From Gemmatimonadales bacterium (lineage in GTDB: Bacteria; Gemmatimonadota; Gemmatimonadetes; Gemmatimonadales; GWC2-71-9): DNA of 64,000 bases. This document shows, piece by piece, positions 9,428 through 17,015 of the stretch (its first letter is position 1; every line of letters begins with the position of its first letter). The position numbers and the translations under genes were made by a program. Under the pieces are notes generated by a model. The model had not been told where the DNA came from. It was given only the letters and a program-made list of their open reading frames with translations, and did no database searches. Where the stretch lies: NCBI GenBank assembly GCA_044867445.1, contig JBIOUY010000300.1:5435-69434 (forward strand), read 5' to 3'.

Positions 9428-9539
9428 GGGCGGACGGGGCGGTCACGTCGGACCCGGCGGACGATCGTCTCTGCCGGATGTGCTCCCTTCCCACTTTATC
9501 GCCTTGTCCGCCCTGTCCGCCTCGTCCGTCGTGTCCGCC
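9428..9539. repeat. mirror tandem-repeat hairpin (GGCGGAC vs GTCCGCC)
   Basis: Left arm 9428-9467 carries GGCGGAC/GGCGGTC units. Right arm 9500-9539 carries 4 GTCCGCC/GTCCGTC units at 9-bp spacing. The right arm runs into the infC stop codon. Confidence 0.8.
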
Positions 9540-10060
9540 TACCTGGGCGCGATCACCATCGTCATGTTCCGGCCCTCGAGTCTGGCCTCGGACTCGATCT
9601 TGCCCACGTCCGCCAGGGTCGACGCCACCCGGTCGAGCACCGCCTTGCCCAGCTCCAAATGGGCGATCTGCCGCCCACGGAACATCATAGTCACCTTCAC
9701 CTTGTTGCCATCACCCAGGAACTCGCGCGCGTGCCGAGTCTTGAAGTCGAAGTCGTGGTCGTCGATGCCGGGCCGGTACTTGACTTCCTTGAGCTGGATG
9801 ATGTGCTGCTTCTTCTTCGCTGCGCGCGCCGCTTTGGCCTCTTCGAACTTGAACTTCCCGTAGTCCATGATCTTGACCACGGGGGGCCGGGCAGTCGGCG
9901 CGACCTCTACCAGATCCAAGCCGCGGTCCTGGGCGGCGGCGAGCGCCTCTTCGATCGGTAACACCCCCAACTGCTCTCCGGTGGCGGTGATCACCCGCAC
10001 CGGACTGATACGGATCATGCGATTGACGCGAATTCGCTTTTCACGCTCGTTTGTGGACAG
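9539..10060 (-). CDS. infC: translation initiation factor IF-3
   Basis: Conserved IRISPVRVI..GEQLGV...LDLVEV and C-terminal domain. The likely start is a non-AUG CTG at 10060, 8 nt after GGAGG (10073-10069), giving 173 aa. The ORF-track extension to 10189 has no IF3-like sequence. Confidence 0.9.
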   Translation of the reverse strand: MSTNEREKRIRVNRMIRISPVRVITATGEQLGVLPIEEALAAAQDRGLDLVEVAPTARPPVVKIMDYGKFKFEEAKAARAAKKKQHIIQLKEVKYRPGIDDHDFDFKTRHAREFLGDGNKVKVTMMFRGRQIAHLELGKAVLDRVASTLADVGKIESEARLEGRNMTMVIAPR

Positions 10061-10245
10061 TGCGTATGCCTCCAACCTGACCGGGAAAAAGAACGGGCAC
10101 CCTTCCAAGAACCGGGTGCCCGCGACGCGAAGACGGCACAAGGCCGTCCGATCGGCATCTGAAGCCAGGACCCGGGTGCGCTGCGGCACCGGGCCGGCAG
10201 GCGGAGGGTGGGGGAGCTTGCGTCCCCGCTTGTAACAAGTGGCGG

Positions 10246-10274
10246 AAGCTAGCGGTCCCCGGACGGAGTGTCAA
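10246..10274 (-). promoter_or_regulatory. candidate sigma70-type promoter for infC-rpmI-rplT
   Basis: Minus strand reads TTGACA (10274-10269), 17-nt spacer, TAGCTT (10251-10246). It overlaps the stop of the upstream MBL gene. Confidence 0.3.
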
Positions 10275-11209
10275 CGGGAAAGCGGTGCTGTCGCCCTCAC
10301 AGGTGCCTCGACCAGGTCGCGCAGCACCATCTCCTTTCCCTCCTGCACCGGCACCGCCAAGGCAACCGTCGGATCGTGCTCGAAGACCAGCCGCCACCCG
10401 CCGGCAACGGCGTCGGCCAGGAGCCGGCGCTTACTCTCCAGGGTCCGCAAGGGCTCGAGGTCGTAGCCCATGATCCAGGGCAGCGGGAGATGGGCAACGG
10501 TAGGGATCAGGTCCGCGAAGAACACCGCCGTCTCGCCCCGATCGCGCACCAGCACCGCCTGGTGAAAGGGAACGTGTCCCGGGGTGAGTCGCACGGAGAT
10601 CCCTGGCAGCACCTCTGCGTCACCTTCCAATAACCGCCACCGCCCAGCGGCGGTGATGGGATCGAAGTTGTGCGGCAGATAGCTCGCCCGAGTGCGCTCG
10701 TTCCGATGCTGGGCAAACTCGAGATCGCCCTTCTGCACCACGTAGGTGGCGTTGGGAAAGGTAGGCCGGACGTGCCGCCGCGGGTCGTCTTCCAGATCCG
10801 GATCCATGGTCGTGTTTCCCCCGGCATGATCGAAGTGCAGATGGGTATCGATCATCCAGCGCACATCGCGGGGGAGAAAGCCCACCGTGGCGAGCGCGTC
10901 CTCCAGCTGGGTGGCTCCCTCCAATCCCTGATTCTCCACCCCATAGATGTCGAGGAACTTGGCGTCTTCCTTATTACCGAGCCCGTTGTCGATGAGGACC
11001 AGGCCATCGGGATGCTCCACCAGCAGGCAGCGCATGGCGAGGGGGATCCGATTGCGCTCATCGGGCTGGACCTTCCGGGTCCAGAGCACCCGAGGCACCA
11101 CGCCGAACATGGCCCCACCATCCAATCGCTGGATTCCTCCCTCGAGCGTGTGACAGCGGAGGCCACCGACCTGAAAGGTCCGTGCCAGGCTCATGCCGAT
11201 TGTTCCCAA
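10271..11209 (-). CDS. MBL-fold metallo-hydrolase
   Basis: 312 aa with the HxHxDH motif (THLHFDHAGG) and downstream His/Asp ligands. Confidence 0.85.
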   Translation of the reverse strand: MGTIGMSLARTFQVGGLRCHTLEGGIQRLDGGAMFGVVPRVLWTRKVQPDERNRIPLAMRCLLVEHPDGLVLIDNGLGNKEDAKFLDIYGVENQGLEGATQLEDALATVGFLPRDVRWMIDTHLHFDHAGGNTTMDPDLEDDPRRHVRPTFPNATYVVQKGDLEFAQHRNERTRASYLPHNFDPITAAGRWRLLEGDAEVLPGISVRLTPGHVPFHQAVLVRDRGETAVFFADLIPTVAHLPLPWIMGYDLEPLRTLESKRRLLADAVAGGWRLVFEHDPTVALAVPVQEGKEMVLRDLVEAPVRATAPLSR

Positions 11210-12018
11210 GAGTCGGCCAGGGGCTCGGTCGGCATCGCAAGCCGCCGACGACGAGCGCGGAAAATCCGACGGGCTTCGATGGCCGTCAGGTCCTGAAGGG
11301 TGCGCGCGCCGTCTTCGTGGGCCAGTCGCAGCAGTCGGGAGAACAGCTCCGCGGTGACCCAGGCATCACCCGTGGCGCGGTGGCGGGCTGCGTTCTCCAG
11401 GCCGAAGAAGGTGGTGAGCCTATCAAGTCCGCAGGAACGCACGCCTCTCACCAGGCGGCGAGCCAGTCGCACGGTACACAGGCGCGGTCCGTCCAGCGCG
11501 AGAGCCCGGGCTCGCCGCAACTCCGCCGTCAGGAATGCCCAATCGAAGCGGGCGTGGTGAGCCACGAAGATCCTGCCCGCCAACGCCGCGAGCACCTGAT
11601 CGGCGATCTCGGAGAAAGGAGGCGCGTCGCGCACCATCTCATCGGTGATGTGGGTGATGGCGCAGATCGCTGGGGGAATGGGACGGCCCGGATTGACCAG
11701 CGATTCGAACGCGACCTCCCGCCTGCCGCCGTGGACCACGACCACGGCGATCTCGGTGATGCGGTCGCTGGAGCTGGCCCGCACGCCGGTGGTCTCGACG
11801 TCCACCACCGCGAAGGTGCACTCGTCCAGCAGGGGCCAGCCTTGAGCCTCCGGGACCACGCCCCAGCGGCCATCGGGGAGCCGTCGCACCCGGGGATCGG
11901 CGCCCAGCAAGGCCACCGCAATCCGCTCGCATACCGATTCAGGCGCACCCGGAAGCCCGACCACCTCGCGGCAGAGCATGGTCGGGAGCTGGGGGCCTTG
12001 GCGCAGGACGCCGAGCAC
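11191..12018 (-). CDS. DEDD-type 3'-5' exonuclease (DnaQ/epsilon-like) with N-terminal extension
   Basis: Exo motifs FAVVDVETTG, ...HHARFDWAFL, ...HRATGDA. The start is uncertain (GTG 12018 or ATG 11979). The ORF-track start 12171 would overlap arcA by 112 nt. Confidence 0.8.
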   Translation of the reverse strand: MLGVLRQGPQLPTMLCREVVGLPGAPESVCERIAVALLGADPRVRRLPDGRWGVVPEAQGWPLLDECTFAVVDVETTGVRASSSDRITEIAVVVVHGGRREVAFESLVNPGRPIPPAICAITHITDEMVRDAPPFSEIADQVLAALAGRIFVAHHARFDWAFLTAELRRARALALDGPRLCTVRLARRLVRGVRSCGLDRLTTFFGLENAARHRATGDAWVTAELFSRLLRLAHEDGARTLQDLTAIEARRIFRARRRRLAMPTEPLADSWEQSA

Positions 12019-12059
12019 CCGCTCAACCAGGGTACTCTGGGGGTAAGCCGAGGTGCCGA

Positions 12060-13289
12060 TCACAAGGAGGCCCGGCGCAGCGGGAGCGACATGCAGCGTG
12101 GGCCGCCGCCGCCACGCGCCAGCTCGGCGCCCTCCACCGTGATCACGGTCCGATGCTTGGCTTCGGTCCAATCATCGAACGCCAGGAAGTTCATGGCCGG
12201 CACGACCCGGAAGCCGGCGTTCTGCAGCTCGCACAGGGTAGCGTCGTTGCGGCGGTAGCTGATGATGGTCCCCGGCTGTACCGCGAGGAAGTTGCAGGCC
12301 GAGCTCCATTGCTCCCGCTCCTGTTGGGTGCGATGGTTTCCGCCGGCGAACACCGGCTCAAGCGGCAGCCCAACCTCACGGAGAGCGGTAAAGAAATCCG
12401 GCCGCTCGCGCACTCCGTCTTCTCCCTTTCGCCGGTGCAGCACGGCAAGCCGCTCGGGGCCGACGAAGAACGGCGGATAAACCACGCAGAGGCCGTGGTC
12501 CACCTGGGTAAAGATCATGTCCAGGTGAATGGCGGTCGGCGCCTTGGGCATGACCACCACCAGGACGTCGGTCGCCAGCCCCTGGTCGAATACAGTGTCG
12601 CAGAGCTGATCGAGGGCAGCCGGTGAGGTACGCTCGCTGAACCCTAGGACGAGCGTATCTGGCCGGAGGTAGTGCACGTCTCCGCCTTCGAGGGTGTAGT
12701 TGTTGCGCCGCTCCTCCGAGCCGTCATACAGGAGGCCCGCGTTCTCCATTTCTGGATGAAAGCGGAACAGCGCCTTAATCAGCAGCTCTTCCGTCCAGCG
12801 CACGCCGTGCCGCATGGAGCCGACCACCACGTGCCGACCGATGACCATGCCGATGTCCCGGGGGAAGAAGAGGTTCGGGAGGGGAGGAAAGGCGAAGCCT
12901 TCTTCGTTGAGCGCCCGGGAAATCGGGCCGCTCTCTTCCACCGTACCCTCGATCAGCATGTCCACGATTTGCGCCGGCGCGAGAGTCTCCAGTCGCTGCG
13001 CCAGGGCGTCCGAGGGGACCACGTCCATGGTCTTGCTGACCAGGAATTCCCTCGCCTCTGGATGAGCCAGGATCTCGGCCAGAAGCTCCCGGACCTGAAG
13101 CACCCGAGCGAAGCGCCTGAGGACCGACACGAACTGGCGGTGCTCGCGCTGCGCTACCTCCAGATCGATGATGTCATCGTAGAGATAGTCCTCCCGGTTG
13201 CCCGGCGTGACCGCGCGAAGCTCTGCGCCAGGCGTGTGCACCAGCACCGTCTGCAGCGGAGCGATTTCGGACGTGATATAGACGGCCAT
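12060..13289 (-). CDS. arginine deiminase family protein
   Basis: 409 aa with a guanidino-modifying fold. The C-terminal catalytic Cys context is GGGGPRCMSLPLRR. Confidence 0.8.
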   Translation of the reverse strand: MAVYITSEIAPLQTVLVHTPGAELRAVTPGNREDYLYDDIIDLEVAQREHRQFVSVLRRFARVLQVRELLAEILAHPEAREFLVSKTMDVVPSDALAQRLETLAPAQIVDMLIEGTVEESGPISRALNEEGFAFPPLPNLFFPRDIGMVIGRHVVVGSMRHGVRWTEELLIKALFRFHPEMENAGLLYDGSEERRNNYTLEGGDVHYLRPDTLVLGFSERTSPAALDQLCDTVFDQGLATDVLVVVMPKAPTAIHLDMIFTQVDHGLCVVYPPFFVGPERLAVLHRRKGEDGVRERPDFFTALREVGLPLEPVFAGGNHRTQQEREQWSSACNFLAVQPGTIISYRRNDATLCELQNAGFRVVPAMNFLAFDDWTEAKHRTVITVEGAELARGGGGPRCMSLPLRRASL

Positions 13290-13375
13290 GTGGTGAAGGT
13301 ATCTAGGAGCGCTAAGTGGTGGCTAGAGGCGGCGGGAGCGGCGCGAACGGCGCGAGCGGCGCGGGCAGCGGGGGT

Positions 13376-13462
13376 GGTCCCGGAGGGCGCATTCAGTACG
13401 CGCCATCGCACCCCGATGCGCGCCAAGCACAAGCAGCGCGGACTGCAGCGCCCGGAGGGACC
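13376..13462. repeat. dispersed structured repeat, type 1 copy A
   Basis: ggtcccggagggcgcattcagt...gcgcggactgcagcgcccggagggacc. Homologous to 15443-15528 and, in reverse complement, to 35459-35545. Confidence 0.85.
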
Positions 13463-13513
13463 GCTCCCCCTGCCTGGCGCCGCTAATCTGCTCCCAGCGC
13501 CGCTCCCGCCGCG

Positions 13514-15217
13514 TCAGCTCCCGCCGCGCGGAGCGCCCCCTCGCGCCCCGGGCCCGCGCAGCACTTTACCAGGCAGTTTGCCGGTCCCCTTCCCCTCCGC
13601 GATCACCGGAACGCCATTCACCAGGACCCACCGCATTCCTTCTGAAAGCTGGTTGGGTTCGGCGAAGGTGGCACGGTCGCGCACGGTTGCCGGATCGAAC
13701 ACCACCAGGTCGGCCCACATGCCGGCCTTGAGCACGCCGCGATCGCCCAATTGCATTCGCTCAGCCGGGAGAGCGGTAAACTTGCGGATGGCGTCCTCCA
13801 GCCTCAGCACCTTCTCCTCGCGGACGTATTTCCGGAGTATTCGAGGAAAGGTCCCGTACGCACGGGGATGGGGATGCTCCCGTCCCAAGAGGCCCTCCGG
13901 CGACGTTCCCTGGGAGTCATTGTTGATCGATACCCACGGCTGCTTGAGCGCGTAGACGATGTCGCGCTCCGCCATGCCGAAAACCGCCACGTAGGTGTAC
14001 GCCTTGTCATCCACTAGGACATCGAACAGCGCGTCGATTGGGTTGGTGCGGCGGAGCTGGGCGACCTGGGTGAGTGTTTTGCCCTGGTATTTGAGGAGCT
14101 CGGGATTTTGGACCACGCTGACTAACACGGCGTCGGGCCCGGGTATGGCTTGCCACTCGTTGTCCCACTCGCTCTTCGGGTTCAGCATGTCGGCGCGAAT
14201 GCGCTTTCTGGTAGCCGGGTCGCGCAGCCGTTCCACCAGCTTGCCCTCGCCGCCATCGTGAGCCCAGGGTGGCGCAAAGGCCGACATTGAGTTGAACCAG
14301 GCGGGATAGGCGTAGGTATCCGCGGCCATATCGACTCCCGACGCCCGAGCCGATTCGATCTTGGCGACGATCTCGGGCATGCGTCCCCAGTTGCGCTTGC
14401 CTGAGGCCTTGAGATGCCAGACTTCAACCGGGATGTGCGCCTCTCTGCCGATCCGGATGGCCTCGTCCAACGCGGGGATGATGTCGTTGCCTTCGGAGCG
14501 AAGATGGGTGGCGTAGAGCCCGCCGAAGCGAGAGGCCTCGCTCGCGAGAGCGATCAACTCCTCGGTCTTGGCATAGGGGGCGGGCGAATACTGCAGCGAG
14601 GTGGAGACGCCCACAGCCCCCTCCTGCATCGCCTGCCGCACCAGCGCCTTCATGCTGTCGAGCTGGGCCGGGGTGGGTGTGCGGTTGCTGTCTCCCAGCA
14701 CCATCCGCCGGACCTGGGTCGCTCCCACGTAGCTCGCGAGATTGATCCCGATTCCCTGGCGCTCCAGGCGAGCAAAGTATTGAGCCAGCGTCCTCCAGTC
14801 GGGCGTGATCTGGAAATGTTGGTAGCTCTCCTGGTCCGCTGCAATGATCGCGTCGTTGAGGGGCGCGGCCGAGCTGCCCTCGCCGGTGATCTCGGTAGTG
14901 ATGCCCTGGAAAATCTTCGAGGGGACGCGGGGATCGACCAGAATGCTGAGATCGGATTGGCCCAGCATGTCGATGAAGCCCGGCGCCACGACCATGCCGG
15001 CGGCATCGATGGTGTCTGTGCCGCTCGCATCAACCAACCTGCCGATCGCGACGATGTGTCCGTCGCGAATGCCAACATCACCCGCGTACCAGGGCGAGCC
15101 GGTGCCGTCGATGATGTGGCCGTTCTGGATCAGGAGATCGAATTGGGGAGTCTGCGCAGAGAGCGTCAGCGGAGCCGGAGCCAGTACGAGAAGAAGCAAG
15201 CAGAGGAGTCGTCGCAT
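13514..15217 (-). CDS. N-acyl-D-amino-acid deacylase (D-aminoacylase) family amidohydrolase, secreted
   Basis: Signal peptide MRRLLCLLLLVLAPAPLTLSAQ from ATG 15217 (GGAG 6 nt upstream). Also GHIIDGTG..., GFIDMLG, and a metal-binding amidohydrolase core. The ORF-track extension to 15292 runs into a repeat. Confidence 0.85.
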   Translation of the reverse strand: MRRLLCLLLLVLAPAPLTLSAQTPQFDLLIQNGHIIDGTGSPWYAGDVGIRDGHIVAIGRLVDASGTDTIDAAGMVVAPGFIDMLGQSDLSILVDPRVPSKIFQGITTEITGEGSSAAPLNDAIIAADQESYQHFQITPDWRTLAQYFARLERQGIGINLASYVGATQVRRMVLGDSNRTPTPAQLDSMKALVRQAMQEGAVGVSTSLQYSPAPYAKTEELIALASEASRFGGLYATHLRSEGNDIIPALDEAIRIGREAHIPVEVWHLKASGKRNWGRMPEIVAKIESARASGVDMAADTYAYPAWFNSMSAFAPPWAHDGGEGKLVERLRDPATRKRIRADMLNPKSEWDNEWQAIPGPDAVLVSVVQNPELLKYQGKTLTQVAQLRRTNPIDALFDVLVDDKAYTYVAVFGMAERDIVYALKQPWVSINNDSQGTSPEGLLGREHPHPRAYGTFPRILRKYVREEKVLRLEDAIRKFTALPAERMQLGDRGVLKAGMWADLVVFDPATVRDRATFAEPNQLSEGMRWVLVNGVPVIAEGKGTGKLPGKVLRGPGARGGAPRGGS

Positions 15218-15280
15218 AGGAGCTCCGTAGTCACGGTGCTGCGGCGTCCGTGCTCGCGGACTCGCGCCGGGGGTGACGCT

Positions 15281-15371
15281 CCCTCCGCGCACGACAGTCC
15301 ACGCCGTGGAGGGGCCGCCCTGCTACTACGCCTTAAGCCGGATGGCGAGCACTGACGTGCGCTTCGGGAGC
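15281..15371. repeat. dispersed structured repeat, type 2 copy
   Basis: ccctccgcgcacgacagtcc...ctgctactacgccttaagccggatggcgagcactgacgtgcgc. Homologous to 35568-35656 and, in reverse complement, to 35764-35854. Confidence 0.85.
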
Positions 15372-15442
15372 ATCGCCCCCCAGCGCTCGCCCGCAGCCAG
15401 GCTCCGCCTGCCCGGACGGTCGCGGCGCGAGGCAGCGGGGAA

Positions 15443-15528
15443 GGTCCCGGAGGGCGCATTCAGTGCGCGGCTGGCGCACCGATGCCCACCAAGGCGAAAG
15501 CAGCGCGGACTGCAGCGCCCGAGGGACC
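15443..15528. repeat. dispersed structured repeat, type 1 copy B
   Basis: Near-identical termini and a similar core to 13376-13462. Confidence 0.85.
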
Positions 15529-15567
15529 TTCTCCGCGGCCGAAGCGCCCCGACATCACGGGCCAGCC

Positions 15568-16197
15568 CTACCGATTCGCCAGCGCGTAACTCAGCGTCTC
15601 CAGCTCCAAGGCGAGATTCACCGTCTTCACCACCACGTCGTCCGGCACCGCGAGCTGCACCGGGGCGAAGTTCAGGATCGCCTTGACCCCAAGCTCCACC
15701 AGCCGATCAGTCACCGGTTGAGCCGCGTCGGCCGGGGTAACCAGGACCGCCATGTCGATCGGATGCCGGGCCACTTCCTTCTCCAAGGCCGCGATATCCA
15801 GGACGGTCAGGCCGTTCCACTGTCGCCCGACCTTGGCGGGATCGCTGTCGAAGATGGCGATGATGTCGAAGCCGCGCTGGCGGAACCCCCGGTACTGCAC
15901 CAGAGCACTGCCGATCTTCCCCGCCCCGATCATGCCCACGCGATATCGCCGCTTGAGTCCCAGGATCTCCCTCAGCTGTCCCGCCAACTCGGGAACCGGA
16001 TAGCCCAGGCCGCGCTTGCCGAATGAGCCGAAGAACGAGAGGTCCTTCCGCACCTGGGCCGAGGTCGTTCCCCCGCGCGACGCCAGCGCGCCGGAACTCA
16101 CCGTCTCGACGCCCTGCCCCTCGAATTCTTCGAGGAACCGCAGGTAGAGCGAGAGTCGGCGAACAGTGGATTCGGCGACCTTACGCATACGCGGCAT
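15568..16197 (-). CDS. rex: redox-sensing transcriptional repressor Rex
   Basis: Winged-helix N-terminus (TVRRLSLYLRFL) and Rossmann GxGxxG (MIGAGKIGSAL). Start taken at ATG 16197 (or 16188). Confidence 0.9.
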   Translation of the reverse strand: MPRMRKVAESTVRRLSLYLRFLEEFEGQGVETVSSGALASRGGTTSAQVRKDLSFFGSFGKRGLGYPVPELAGQLREILGLKRRYRVGMIGAGKIGSALVQYRGFRQRGFDIIAIFDSDPAKVGRQWNGLTVLDIAALEKEVARHPIDMAVLVTPADAAQPVTDRLVELGVKAILNFAPVQLAVPDDVVVKTVNLALELETLSYALANR

Positions 16198-16199
16198 TT

Positions 16200-16217
16200 T
16201 TGTGAAACATTTCACAA
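16200..16217. promoter_or_regulatory. Rex operator (ROP) site
   Basis: TTGTGAA-acat-TTCACAA is a perfect match to the established Rex box consensus TTGTGAAnnnnTTCACAA. It lies 2 nt upstream of the rex ATG and 2 nt after the rsmA stop. Confidence 0.8.
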
Positions 16218-16219
16218 AC

Positions 16220-17014
16220 CTACCGCGCCGGCCATCCCCCGTCAACGAGGCCGCGCAACAACGCGGCGAACTGCTCTGGCGCGAATGTCTCCGGTCGCGC
16301 CGTCTCGTCCAACCCCAATCGCTGAAGCAGCTCGCTCACCGGTTGCGCCTCCCACCCGGTCAGCTCGCGCAGCCCCCGAAGCAGCTGCTTGCGGCGAAAG
16401 CTGAACAGCCCAACCACCAATCGCCGGAACGGTGCTCGCTCGGAATCGGCCACGAGGGGCGTGTCGAGCGGAGTGAGCCGAAGGACCGCCGAGTCAACCT
16501 TGGGAGGTGGGTGAAACGCGCCGGGGTGAACGGCGAACAGTCGCTCTGGTCGGGCCACGGCCTGCACCCCGATGCTCAGCGCACCGTAGGCGGAGGAGTT
16601 CGGCGCCGCGGTCACCCGATCGGCCACTTCTTTCTGGACCAGGAAGACGATCCGAGAGGGCACCGGCGGTGTCAGCGCCTTGTCGATCAATGGCGACGTG
16701 ATGTTGTACGGGATGTTGCCGGTAAGCAGAAAGTCCGGCCCCGCGACGGCCTGCCAGTCGACCTCGAGCGCATCTCCCTCGATCACGCTCAGGCTGGGGA
16801 ATCGCGCTCGCAGCAGGGCTACCAGCTCCCGGTCCTTCTCGATCGCGACCAGTCGTCCGGCTTTCGCTTGCAGCGCGGCGCTGAGCCCACCGCGTCCCGG
16901 GCCGATCTCGAGCACCGTATCGTGGGGACCAGGAGCGAGTGCGTCGGCGATGCGGGTGAGTATCCGGGGATCGGCCAGAAAGTGCTGACCTAGTCGCCGC
17001 TTCGCCCGCGGCAC
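16220..17014 (-). CDS. rsmA: 16S rRNA (adenine1518/1519-N6)-dimethyltransferase
   Basis: 264 aa with LGQHFL, EIGPGRGGL and NIPYNITSP motifs. Confidence 0.95.
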   Translation of the reverse strand: MPRAKRRLGQHFLADPRILTRIADALAPGPHDTVLEIGPGRGGLSAALQAKAGRLVAIEKDRELVALLRARFPSLSVIEGDALEVDWQAVAGPDFLLTGNIPYNITSPLIDKALTPPVPSRIVFLVQKEVADRVTAAPNSSAYGALSIGVQAVARPERLFAVHPGAFHPPPKVDSAVLRLTPLDTPLVADSERAPFRRLVVGLFSFRRKQLLRGLRELTGWEAQPVSELLQRLGLDETARPETFAPEQFAALLRGLVDGGWPAR

Positions 17015-17015
17015 C

